A stretch of DNA of 64,000 bases from Verrucomicrobiales bacterium (GTDB taxonomy: Bacteria > Verrucomicrobiota > Verrucomicrobiia > Verrucomicrobiales > DEV007), in contig JAGPCC010000002.1 in assembly GCA_018058245.1 (NCBI GenBank), forward strand, positions 2,643 through 66,642, read 5' to 3'. Position 1 is the stretch's first letter. Each line of letters starts with the position of its first letter. Shown piece after piece: positions 35,609-45,403 of the stretch. The translations under genes and the position numbers were made by a program. Under the pieces are notes generated by a model. It did no database searches. It was not told the origin of the DNA and worked only from the letters and a program-made list of their open reading frames with translations.

Positions 35609-38599
35609 ATGCCCGAACGCCCCGACAGCCAGACCCCCGCCCTCGCCCTTCTCCGCGACGTGCTGGGCTATTCGGCGACGACGGGCGCGGAACTCACCAA
35701 GGAACGCGGCACCCTTTCCGACCCGTGGCTGGAGTCGCGCCTTCTCGCTGCCGTGAAACGCGTCAATCCGGGTCTCGGGGAAGGCGCGGCGCGCCAGGCG
35801 ATCCTCACCTTGCGCCAAACCGCCGGTCCGGATCTCCTCGAGGCGAACGAACGGCTCCACGTGCTCCTCTCGCGCTGGGTCAGCGTCGAGGAACCCGCCT
35901 CAGTCCCCGGGCAACCGCCGATGCGACGCAGCGTGCGTTTCTTCGATTTCGAGACGGTGTCGAACAACGAGTTCCTCGTCACCGAAGAATTCGTGGTGAA
36001 AGGACCGCAGCGCGAACGGCGCTTCGATCTTGTCATTCACGTCAACGGTCTGCCTCTCGTTGTAATCGAGTGCAAGGATCCCGCCGATCCCCACGCGATC
36101 GAGAAGGGCGTCGGGGATCTACTCGCCTATCAACGCGCCGAAACTGGAGCTCCGCGCCTCTTCGAGACCATCCATTTCTGCCTCGCCCTCAACCGGCACG
36201 ACGCGCGCTACGGCACGGTCGCGACTGAACTACGCCATTACGCCCGCTGGAAGAGCCTGCGCCCCTTCACCGAGGAGAGTCTCACCTCGGCGCTGGGCCG
36301 CACCCCGACACCGCAGGATGAAACCCTCGCCTCGCTCTGCGAACCAGCGCAACTGCTCGACTTTCTCCGGGGATTTGTCGCCTACGAGCGGCGCGGCGGT
36401 CGGCTCGTGAAAAAGCTGGCCCGCTATCAACAATGGGAGGCCGTCATCGATGCCGACGATCGCGTCTCCGACCGCGGACGCGGACCACTGAAACAACGCG
36501 GCGGCGTGATCTGGCACACCCAGGGCAGCGGAAAGAGCCTGACGATGCTGTGGCTGGCCCTACGCCTGCGACGCTCACCTGAACTGGAGAATCCGGGTCT
36601 CGTCATCGTAACGGACCGGAGCGACCTCGACCGCCAGATCGCGACCACCTTCCGGAACTGCGGCTTCGAAAATCCCGTGACCGCCGCGAGCGTGCGCCAT
36701 CTCGGACAGTTGCTCGACAATGCCGAGGGCCAGACCCTGTTGACGACGATCCAGAAATTCGAAGAAGACCTCACGCGCAAGGGCCTGCACCGGATCAAGG
36801 TGCCGATGCACCGTGGCGGCAAGATCATCGTACTGATTGACGAGGCCCACCGCACCGAATACGGGGTCTTCAACGCGCGGCTCCGCGAGGCCATGCCCGA
36901 CGCCTGCTTCATCGCCTTCACCGGTACGCCGATCGCAAAAACCCTCGCAAAGTTCGGCAGCTATATCCACCGCTACACCATGCCCGTCTCGGTGCAGGAC
37001 GGAGCCACCGTCCCGATCCTTTATGAAAATCGCCTTCCCGACCTCGCCGTGTGGGGCAAGCGGCTCGACCCGATCTTCGACGCGGAGCTGGTCCATCTCA
37101 CCGAGGAACAGCGCGAACTGGTGAAGAAGAAGGAAGCGACGATGCGCCGCATCGCCGAGGCCGAGGACCGCATCGAGATGATCGCCCACGACATCGCGAA
37201 ACATTACCGCGAGAACTTTATGGCCGATGGCTTCAAGGGACAGGTCGCGGCCTGCTCGCAAAAGGCGGCGGCCCGCTACTACGAGGCGCTCGACCGGCTC
37301 CTGCCGGGTAAAGTTGCCCTCCTCATCTCCGATCCGCCGAAAGGCGACGACGCGCTCTGGGAGCTGAAACGGAAATTCGCCAACGAATCGGCAATCATCG
37401 AGCAGTTTCTCAACGATCCGCCGGACCGTCTTGCCCTAATCGTCGTCGCCGAAAAATACCTGACAGGGTTCGATGCTCCAGTCGAGAGGGTCCTTTACCT
37501 CGACAAACCCTTGCGGGAACACAATCTGCTCCAGGCGATCGCCCGGGTGAACCGCCCCCTGCCCGAACTCGGCAAAGAGTGGGGGCTGGTGGTGGATTAT
37601 TGGGGTGTCTCCGGCTTTCTGGATCAGGCCCTCGAAGGTCTGCACGAGGATGTCGATCCCGGTGAGATCCTTGTGGAGCGCCTCGGAGAAGAGGCCTACG
37701 CCCGCCTGCGGGCCTGCCATAACGATCTCGCCGACTGTTTCCCGAAAGGCCTTTCGCGGAAGGTGATCGAACCGTGGCTGGAGGCAATCGAAGCCGACGA
37801 TAGACGCGCCATCTTCCTCGCCCGATACCGGGACTTCTACCACTCGATCGAGCAACTGCTCCCCGATCCGCGGGCGCTCGACTTTCTCCCCGACCTCGCC
37901 TGGTACCGGCGGGTGCGGAAAGAGGCCGAAAGCGCCTTTCAGGAACGCGATCTGTCCATCCCCGACTGCTCGGCCCGGATCCGGCAACTGATCGACCGTC
38001 ACGTCCGCGGCGAAGAGATCATCCCACTGCTCAAACCGATCGATATTCTCGGTGAAGACTTTTCGGTGGAGATTGAAAAACTGCGCAGCCCGCGTGCGAA
38101 GGCGATGCGTATGGAGCACGCAATCCGGCATACGATCAGCGTGAAGCTGCATGAAGATCCCGTCTTCTTCGAAAGTCTCTGCGAACGCCTCGCCCGCATC
38201 ATCGGCGAACGGAAGGCCAGCCGTCTTGATGACATCGCCGAATTCCGCCTCCTCGGCGAACTCGCCCGTGAGATGCGGCAACGCGATCAGGAGGCCGGCC
38301 GTCAGGGTGTGAAGACAGAGGAACTTCCCTTCTTCCACGCCATTCAAAAGGCCCTCGAAAAACCGAAGGAGGGTGTCGCCGAAGACACGGAGCCTGACCT
38401 GCCAAAACTGACGCGAGAGATCCTCGCCGATCTCCAGGAAATCGCCGTGATCGACTGGGAGACCAAGGAAGAGGTGATGCGCGACATGCGCCGGGCGATC
38501 AAGCGGCGGCTACGCCTTGATTACACGATTCCCGCCGATGCGATCGAACCACTCGTGGGCTCATTGATGGAGCTCGCCAAGGTACACCTCCGTCGCTGA
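35609..38599 (+). CDS. hsdR: Type I restriction endonuclease subunit R
   Basis: FDLVIHVNGLPLVVIECK nuclease, HTQGSGKS Walker A, DEAHR, FTGTP, LTGFD, LLQAIARVNR. Confidence 0.97.
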   Translation: MPERPDSQTPALALLRDVLGYSATTGAELTKERGTLSDPWLESRLLAAVKRVNPGLGEGAARQAILTLRQTAGPDLLEANERLHVLLSRWVSVEEPASVPGQPPMRRSVRFFDFETVSNNEFLVTEEFVVKGPQRERRFDLVIHVNGLPLVVIECKDPADPHAIEKGVGDLLAYQRAETGAPRLFETIHFCLALNRHDARYGTVATELRHYARWKSLRPFTEESLTSALGRTPTPQDETLASLCEPAQLLDFLRGFVAYERRGGRLVKKLARYQQWEAVIDADDRVSDRGRGPLKQRGGVIWHTQGSGKSLTMLWLALRLRRSPELENPGLVIVTDRSDLDRQIATTFRNCGFENPVTAASVRHLGQLLDNAEGQTLLTTIQKFEEDLTRKGLHRIKVPMHRGGKIIVLIDEAHRTEYGVFNARLREAMPDACFIAFTGTPIAKTLAKFGSYIHRYTMPVSVQDGATVPILYENRLPDLAVWGKRLDPIFDAELVHLTEEQRELVKKKEATMRRIAEAEDRIEMIAHDIAKHYRENFMADGFKGQVAACSQKAAARYYEALDRLLPGKVALLISDPPKGDDALWELKRKFANESAIIEQFLNDPPDRLALIVVAEKYLTGFDAPVERVLYLDKPLREHNLLQAIARVNRPLPELGKEWGLVVDYWGVSGFLDQALEGLHEDVDPGEILVERLGEEAYARLRACHNDLADCFPKGLSRKVIEPWLEAIEADDRRAIFLARYRDFYHSIEQLLPDPRALDFLPDLAWYRRVRKEAESAFQERDLSIPDCSARIRQLIDRHVRGEEIIPLLKPIDILGEDFSVEIEKLRSPRAKAMRMEHAIRHTISVKLHEDPVFFESLCERLARIIGERKASRLDDIAEFRLLGELAREMRQRDQEAGRQGVKTEELPFFHAIQKALEKPKEGVAEDTEPDLPKLTREILADLQEIAVIDWETKEEVMRDMRRAIKRRLRLDYTIPADAIEPLVGSLMELAKVHLRR

Positions 38600-38602
38600 C
38601 TT

Positions 38603-39283
38603 ATGGCAGGAACATTCCATCGGGACGCCGTCCGATTCGGCAACACGGAGATCGCGTATAAGATCCGCCGGTCACGCGAGCGAAAAACACTCGGGATCAC
38701 GGTTTGTGGTCCATGGGTCGAGGTAGCCGCGCCGGCAGGGATGCGTGCTTCGGCGATACGCCCATTGGTCTTGAAAAAGGGTGCCTGGATTCTCCAGAAG
38801 CTCGATCTTGCGAGACGTCACGCTCCGATTTATCCACAGGTGCTCAAGGCAGGTGACAGCATCCGTTTCTTTGGGAGACAGTATTTGCTGAGGATACACA
38901 AGGTGGAGGGAAAACGCTCGTGGCTTGAACAAGCGGGAGGCAGGTTCCATTTATATCTTGCCGAGCCTTCGAACCCTGATGTCGGGCATCAGCTATTTAA
39001 GCGATGGTTCCGCGAGCAGCTTCAACTTGCGCTGCCTCAATGGATCGAAGAGTTCTCGAAGAAGTTGGGTATAGAGCCTCCGCCGTTTGATGTGAGAGAG
39101 CTGGGTAGCCGGTGGGGGAGTTGCAGTGCGTCGCGTAAAATTCGTTTCCACTGGCTTCTCACCACCCAAACACCTGAGTTCGCTCGCCACGTCGTCGCTC
39201 ACGAGCTATGTCACCTTATCGACCCAACACACTCGGCGGCTTTCTTACAGCTGTTGAAGCGAATTAACCCCAGCGGATTTTAG
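38603..39283 (+). CDS. YgjP/SprT-like M48 zinc metallopeptidase domain protein
   Basis: RKTLGI, RWGSCS, HELCH...HSAAF; a common companion of hsdR. Confidence 0.88.
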   Translation: MAGTFHRDAVRFGNTEIAYKIRRSRERKTLGITVCGPWVEVAAPAGMRASAIRPLVLKKGAWILQKLDLARRHAPIYPQVLKAGDSIRFFGRQYLLRIHKVEGKRSWLEQAGGRFHLYLAEPSNPDVGHQLFKRWFREQLQLALPQWIEEFSKKLGIEPPPFDVRELGSRWGSCSASRKIRFHWLLTTQTPEFARHVVAHELCHLIDPTHSAAFLQLLKRINPSGF

Positions 39284-39365
39284 CGCATTCGCTCTATCAA
39301 AGGGATTGGTCGACGTTGCATTATTCTGCAAATAGTCCAAATCGTTTCATCCACCTCTAACCGTC

Positions 39366-40063
39366 TCAAGGAAGAATGTCTCCCGCACGGTATCCGTTAA
39401 TTTCATTGACAGGAATTGAACTATTCCCGACGAACATACCACAAAATACTACTTCACGGTATTCGTTCCACGTTCCCCAACTCCTCCCGAAGCTACACCC
39501 AGAGCTCATGGTCACGTCGGCGACCGCCAATCTTGAGATGGCGCGGCGGGCTACCGAAGTGGCAAGGACCGGAATCCCCTGTTTTTCTCTTGTTTCGCGT
39601 ACGAGGCGCTCCAGGTTCTCCTTGTAAGTTCCGAAAACAGGGCAGTATCCGGGCTTATTTGACTTACTGTCATTGTGTCCAAGCTGAATAATCACGTAGT
39701 CGCCAGGCTGAATTACAGAAGCGATATCGGGCCATCGATTTGCGAGGCAGGATTTTGTCGTGTATCCGCAAACAGCCCGATTTACGATGGAATCATTCGG
39801 CAGAAAATGGAGAGGTAACATCTGCCCCAACCCCGAATCGGTCCGGCTGATTTCAGGTGATAATCCGCCATCGTTGAATCTCCAACCATGAAAACGGTGA
39901 CTGGTAACGGCTCCGGACTTTTTGCAGTCGCCGGTTTATCCGCTGGAAGAAGGGCGACAGAACTGGCAGGGGCCGAGGAGGAAGAGAAGGAGATATCTGA
40001 AAATCCTCTGGAATGCATCCAATTTTGAGATTCTGGCAGGCATAGCAGATTGTGCCGGGGCAC
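39366..40063 (-). pseudogene. Frameshifted and 3'-truncated SGNH/GDSL rhamnogalacturonan acetylesterase-like gene
   Basis: VFMVGDSTMA...RGWG in one frame continues as QMLP...QLGHND in another (1-bp loss in the G run at about 39825-39828); similarity stops after LATSVARR; no D-x-x-H block V. Confidence 0.75.
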
Positions 40064-40125
40064 TCAAACACTCATCATACCGCAATAGCGCTTTCTATCC
40101 GCTGATTTTGTATGCGGAGATTTGA

Positions 40126-41454
40126 CTACGGCGAGGGAGAAGACAGCAGATTCTCTTCTCTGGAAAGTTCTTCTTCGTCTTCAATCTGCTCATCAATGGA
40201 TCGGTCAACAGTGAGATCCTCCTCTGCAGAATCTTTGGGAAGGGAAACCGTTCTCTCGGGTTTCAATACCTTTCTTGAGGTATCACTCTCCGGCGAGAGA
40301 ATATTTTCCCCGCGCAACTGAACTGTATAAATCGGCTCCGGCATTTCGATCCCAGCTTCATCGAAAGCCTCCTTGATCAAACGAATCGATTCGCTTTTTG
40401 CTTTCAGGAAGCTGTGGTGGTTCTGATCAATCCAGGCAAAGAACTGCATCAAAACAGCACTGTCGCCAAGACTGTCAATCACTACCATGGGCGCGGGATC
40501 CTTGAGCACAGCAGGATTCTTCCGCAAGGTGTCCACCGCGATACGCCGTACTTCGCTGAGATCAAAGTCAGTGGAAACTCCAACAAAAAAGTCAAAACGC
40601 CGCAAGGGATTGCGCGAGTAGTTCAAAAGAACGGAGTTCATTACCATCGCGTTCGGGATGCGGAGATGGTTTCCGTCCAGAGTAACGAGAACCGTATCCC
40701 GCGAAGTAAGGCGGGCAACCTTACCCGCCTTGCCATCGATCTCGACAGCGTCACCTATCTCAAAAGGATTGCGAGTGCTGAGAATTACACCGGCAAGGTA
40801 GTTCTCCACAATGTTCTTGAAGGCAAATCCGAGGGCGATACCAGCAAGACCTGCAGCTCCGATAACCGCACCTACAATCGCGGTGGCATCGAGCAACTCC
40901 AGGACAACCAAAAGAGCGACCAGATAGATTACCAGTCTTGAAATGCGCAGAGCTAGATCTCTCCCGAGAGAGGAAAATTGAAAACGGTTCATCCAGCCTC
41001 GCCGCTTTCCGAGAAGTCGGGAAGTCAGCCGGGCGAGCAACAAGATTAGCATCGCAGCCCCGATGAGCGGTAGCTTCACGATGATGGTTCTTCCCATCTG
41101 CTTCAATTTTTCATAGGCCGGGGTAAACTGGCTGGTAATCTCAACCGGCTCGGTCATCCGGTCCAGAGTGATCACAACTCCGTCCGTTCGGTCCGAAAGC
41201 GAGATCGCATCTTTTCTGATCTTCGCGCTGGGAACCTCTCCGCTGAGTGTTATCACCCCCGACTTGACGGTGATGTCGATTTGCTCAAATCCTCCCACGG
41301 CATCAAAAATCCCTCGAATACGCTTTTGTATCGCTTCGTCTGAGGTGACCTTTTCCACCTCGATGGGAGTCGAGTTCGTTGTCACCGGTTCCTGAGCGGA
41401 AAGTGGGGACAAGAGGAGGAAGGTAAAGAAGGTAGCAGAAAGACAATGAATCAT
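40126..41454 (-). CDS. BON-domain mechanosensitive channel (MscS family)
   Basis: Signal peptide, V-x-SGVITLSGEV BON domain, GIALGFAFKNIVENYLAG, LRIPN. Confidence 0.88.
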   Translation of the reverse strand: MIHCLSATFFTFLLLSPLSAQEPVTTNSTPIEVEKVTSDEAIQKRIRGIFDAVGGFEQIDITVKSGVITLSGEVPSAKIRKDAISLSDRTDGVVITLDRMTEPVEITSQFTPAYEKLKQMGRTIIVKLPLIGAAMLILLLARLTSRLLGKRRGWMNRFQFSSLGRDLALRISRLVIYLVALLVVLELLDATAIVGAVIGAAGLAGIALGFAFKNIVENYLAGVILSTRNPFEIGDAVEIDGKAGKVARLTSRDTVLVTLDGNHLRIPNAMVMNSVLLNYSRNPLRRFDFFVGVSTDFDLSEVRRIAVDTLRKNPAVLKDPAPMVVIDSLGDSAVLMQFFAWIDQNHHSFLKAKSESIRLIKEAFDEAGIEMPEPIYTVQLRGENILSPESDTSRKVLKPERTVSLPKDSAEEDLTVDRSIDEQIEDEEELSREENLLSSPSP

Positions 41455-41623
41455 AGGAGCGGCCCCAAGGTGGAGTCGTGAGGAAAGAACCGCAAGTAAG
41501 AGCAATCCGATCTGGAAGTCTCATTCGAACGGCTCCAAACGTCCCTTCTTAGCTCCGAAGAATTCGCAGCTGCAGGATCAAATCCGTTTGAAGACAGAGA
41601 TTCGCAACCTCTCGCTCCTTCCC

Positions 41624-42610
41624 CTATTTACCGAGAAAGTGCAGAATCCATTCCGGTGGACGGGGATCAACACCGGTTCCGAAATAGAATCCGGTGAGAT
41701 GAAAGAATAACGGTGCGGCGAAACAGAGGGAATCAATCCGATCCATCACTCCTCCGTGTCCGGCAATGCCTGTTCCCCAGTCTTTTGCGCCAAGGTCTCG
41801 TTTGATCGCGGACATGACAAGGCCACCAAAGAACCCTGCGGTGCAAATCAACAGCGCCATGAGCGCCGCCTCCCCGGGACTGAAGGGTGTCACCCAACTC
41901 AGAGCCATGCCTGCCAGAGTCGCGGAGAGAATCCCGCCGATGGTGCCTTCAACTGTTTTGTTAGGACTGAAACGGGGTGCAATCTTCCGTTTTCCGATGC
42001 TCTTTCCCCAAAGGTATTGAAAGACGTCGCTCGCCTGAACCGTGAAGACAAAAAAGAAAAGGAGGGCTCCGTTCCCTCGATCCCAGTCCTTGACGGGTAG
42101 AGTCATGATCAGAGGCATGTGACTGACAAAATATACACATGTCAGGACACCCCACTGAATCTTCGCGGTCGTCGCCAGAAAATCCTCCACGTCTCCCGCC
42201 AGCACCTTTCGAATCGGAATAAAAGTGAAAACGTAGACAGGGATAAAAATGCTCGCCATTCCATACCACTGAATTCCGATGAGAAAATACTGAACAGGAA
42301 TGAAGACAAAGAAACTCCAGAACAGCACGTGGTGATCAGAAGGCCTGGTCCGGTTCAGCGTGATGAATTCTCTCAATGCTAGAAACGAGATCAAACCGAA
42401 AAGCACAACCGTAGTCCAATGGCCGAGCCAGAGGGTAAGCCCGAAAACCGCAGCCATGACCCACCAGGATTTTGTCCGCGCATTGAAATTCGCAACCCCC
42501 TTCTTCCGTTCCTCGCTTTGCGCCCTGCGAGCCATGATCCAGCCGGCGATGCTTGCGGCAACGAGTAGGATCAAGACCCCGGCCATCATTAATAACAGAT
42601 CCCGATTCAT
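41624..42610 (-). CDS. Phosphatidate cytidylyltransferase (YnbB-like)
   Basis: SDVFQYLWGK, SPNKTVEG, SAIKRDLGAKDWG, GHGGVMDRIDS. Confidence 0.92.
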   Translation of the reverse strand: MNRDLLLMMAGVLILLVAASIAGWIMARRAQSEERKKGVANFNARTKSWWVMAAVFGLTLWLGHWTTVVLFGLISFLALREFITLNRTRPSDHHVLFWSFFVFIPVQYFLIGIQWYGMASIFIPVYVFTFIPIRKVLAGDVEDFLATTAKIQWGVLTCVYFVSHMPLIMTLPVKDWDRGNGALLFFFVFTVQASDVFQYLWGKSIGKRKIAPRFSPNKTVEGTIGGILSATLAGMALSWVTPFSPGEAALMALLICTAGFFGGLVMSAIKRDLGAKDWGTGIAGHGGVMDRIDSLCFAAPLFFHLTGFYFGTGVDPRPPEWILHFLGK

Positions 42611-43251
42611 TTATTTTCCAATGGGGTGGAATGTTCCGATCTTCCGCATTCCCAAGACAAGCCGGAGAGCACGAGGGAACGGGCACGTGCGAGGAACTCA
42701 CAGCGATTTTCGTCTTCCATGAAGCTCATTCGCGGGTGTACACGAATCCGGCCGATCAGCGGAACCGGCAATCTTTGTCCTTTGGGCAGGATACGATTCA
42801 AATTTTCAAGACTGACCGGTATCATGGGAACCGCCGGAAATTTTTCACGAAGATAGTGCAAACCGGCTCGAAATGAATTCAGCCGTCCATCTTCACTGCG
42901 GGTGCCTTCCGGAAAGACAATAATCGAACGACCCTGGCGAATGGCATCAACGAGAGGCTGCATAGGATGTTCGCGTGATCTCGGACGACCGGATCGTTCC
43001 AGCAATATGGCGTGGAAAACCTTCGTTGAAATCCACCGCCTCACCCTACCCTTTTCCCAGTAGTCCCGTGCCGCAACCGGAGACACCAGATCACGAACTT
43101 CAGCAGGCAGCGCGGCCCAGATCACGAGGGCATCGAGATGACTCGAGTGATTCGCAAAAAAGACGCAGGCTTCTCCCGTCCAATCTTCGAGTTCATGGAT
43201 TCTCACTCCGGTGACAAAACGAACCACTGATGCGAGTAAGTTCCGGGCCAT
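42607..43251 (-). CDS. Lysophospholipid acyltransferase (PlsC-like)
   Basis: NHSSHLD and FPEGTRS motifs. Confidence 0.92.
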   Translation of the reverse strand: MARNLLASVVRFVTGVRIHELEDWTGEACVFFANHSSHLDALVIWAALPAEVRDLVSPVAARDYWEKGRVRRWISTKVFHAILLERSGRPRSREHPMQPLVDAIRQGRSIIVFPEGTRSEDGRLNSFRAGLHYLREKFPAVPMIPVSLENLNRILPKGQRLPVPLIGRIRVHPRMSFMEDENRCEFLARARSLVLSGLSWECGRSEHSTPLENK

Positions 43252-43253
43252 TG

Positions 43254-43916
43254 CTATTTCTTCCTCAGTAGTGAAGCAATTCTTGAAAGTCTCCTCCAGA
43301 GAGTGACGACTTCACCCGTTGCCATCGCGATGAGAATCCACTGCAATGCATTCCACTCGTTCGGGAGAAACGGCAGCAGCAAACAGGCAATCGTAACCAA
43401 TGCCATACGATGAGGTTTTGCCATCGGACCGCAAAACTCGTGACGACCAGTCAGGCTCGCCCCTTGTAGGCGAACATAGGCGGTTGCCACTGCCAGAGTT
43501 CCGACCGCCCATCCGAGATGGATTCCGAGCGGTTGGACGGAGACGTTGAGCCCCAGGGGAACGAGAATCAACAGGTCAGCGAGCCGATCCGGAACTTCAT
43601 TAAAAAGGTCTCCCACCGGACTCTTTTTCCCTCCTTCAATCGCGACCATGCCGTCCATAAGATTGCAAATCAGTCGCAACTGGATCAGGAGAGCTCCCGC
43701 AGGAAACCAGAATTCCGATACTTGATTCAGGGCAATGGCCGTAAAAAGAGCCCCTGCTCCCAGCGAAAACACCACACTCATCACTGAGATAGAATTGGCT
43801 GTGACTCCCGAGCGTATGAGCCACCCGGAAAATGCGACAGCCCAAAAAGAGGCTCGTGATTTCAGCGGTCGCCTCGAACCGGGATTTGTATCGGATTCCA
43901 CAAGGCGGAGTTTCAA
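43254..43916 (-). CDS. CDP-alcohol phosphatidyltransferase (YnbA-like)
   Basis: NLMDGMVA...G...NEVPDRLAD, GPMAKPHR. Confidence 0.9.
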   Translation of the reverse strand: MKLRLVESDTNPGSRRPLKSRASFWAVAFSGWLIRSGVTANSISVMSVVFSLGAGALFTAIALNQVSEFWFPAGALLIQLRLICNLMDGMVAIEGGKKSPVGDLFNEVPDRLADLLILVPLGLNVSVQPLGIHLGWAVGTLAVATAYVRLQGASLTGRHEFCGPMAKPHRMALVTIACLLLPFLPNEWNALQWILIAMATGEVVTLWRRLSRIASLLRKK

Positions 43917-44114
43917 TGATTTCTCCCCGCGCTGTCAATCCTGGAACAGGTCCATTTGATGTATTTCGGTAAAACGGAGAAAACCTCTCGAACACGAAAG
44001 GGAAACGAGTTGACCTTGGTTGGGTTCTCTTTGCGCATGTCCGTTCCCCCCTGTGACGAAAACTTGAACAAATTTTCGGATTTACAAATCCATTGCCGTT
44101 CCCCACTCTCTGGC

Positions 44115-45011
44115 ATGACAAATCCGGAAACCGAATCCCGCCCCATCCCGCAAGTTGCCTTTGATTGGTATGATGAGTATGCCCACGGCATCATTGACCG
44201 ACGGACCTTTCTCAATCGTCTTTCTTCGATCACCACAACCGGCCTGACCATGGGCACGCTGCTGGCGGCGCTGTCACCGGACTATGCAAAAGCGGAACAG
44301 GTTTCGTTCAACGACCCCGAGATTAAGGCGACCTACGAAACCTTCAATTCCCCTGAGGGGCACGGAGAATGCAGAGGCTACCTGGTGGTCCCGTCCGAGC
44401 GTCAGGAAAAAACACCAACGGTCCTTGTCGTGCATGAAAACCGAGGCCTAAACCCTTACATTATGGATGTGGCACGCAGAGTTGCGAAGGCGGGGTACGT
44501 AGCCTTTGCTCCTGACGGTCTTTTTCCGCTCGGAGGATATCCGGGAAACGACGACGAAGGCCGTTCCATGCAGGGATCGATGGACAAAACAAAATTGGAA
44601 AACGATTTCCTCGCAGCGGCGCGATTTCTCAAAGGACACGAACTCTCCAATGGGAAGATCGGAGCGGTCGGGTTTTGTTTCGGCGGGTACATTGTGAACA
44701 TGCTCGCGGCTGTTCTCGGTGATGATCTCAATGCCGGCGTTCCTTTCTATGGAACACCGGCGGCAAAAGAGATCCGAAAAAACATCAAAGCGCCGCTCGT
44801 GATCCAGTTGGCGGAACTCGACAAACGAGTCAATGGAGAATGGCCTGAGTATGAGACCGATCTAAAACAAGCGGGAGTCGACTATGTCATGCACCTCTAT
44901 CCAGGGGCAAATCACGGTTTCCACAACGATTCCACAGATCGCTACGACGAAGCGCAGGCAGAACTTGCCTGGGAACGCACTCTTGCCTGTTTCCAGAAAC
45001 ATTTGCGATGA
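44115..45011 (+). CDS. Dienelactone hydrolase family protein (YghX-like, Tat-like leader)
   Basis: YDEYAHG..DRRTFL, HENRGLNP, GFCFGG nucleophile, HGFHND. Confidence 0.92.
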   Translation: MTNPETESRPIPQVAFDWYDEYAHGIIDRRTFLNRLSSITTTGLTMGTLLAALSPDYAKAEQVSFNDPEIKATYETFNSPEGHGECRGYLVVPSERQEKTPTVLVVHENRGLNPYIMDVARRVAKAGYVAFAPDGLFPLGGYPGNDDEGRSMQGSMDKTKLENDFLAAARFLKGHELSNGKIGAVGFCFGGYIVNMLAAVLGDDLNAGVPFYGTPAAKEIRKNIKAPLVIQLAELDKRVNGEWPEYETDLKQAGVDYVMHLYPGANHGFHNDSTDRYDEAQAELAWERTLACFQKHLR

Positions 45012-45403
45012 ACCTTGTGATGCCCTCATCGGGAAGGCAATACAATCTCCCCCGACCAGTCCGTCGAAAAGATCGCAAAAGAGATTGGAAACAAGCATTT
45101 CCTATATCAGCACCGATCTTCAGCACTCCCGCGTAATCCCCCGTCAGCGGGCGGGGTTCGTCTGGGGCAACTCGCGCCCCCGAGCCGCCGAGCCGCCCGC
45201 CTTGGAACTGAATTTTCGCCACGAGGGTGGAGACGGCCCCGAAATCCGGTCGCTACCACTCCCGCACAGAACCGGGGAAATGGGATGCCACAAAAACGGC
45301 CATCGTCATCTGCGACATATGGGACGATCACCACTGTCGCAACTCAGAGGGGGTCGGCGACATCTCAAATCCCATCGGAAATCCGATGGGATGAATCGTA
45401 TGG

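Noticed and set aside
28675-40100. Integrative element or prophage with att sites carrying the defence island
   Set aside because: No integrase, tRNA or flanking direct repeat was found by eye; only gene content and a broken flank support an island.
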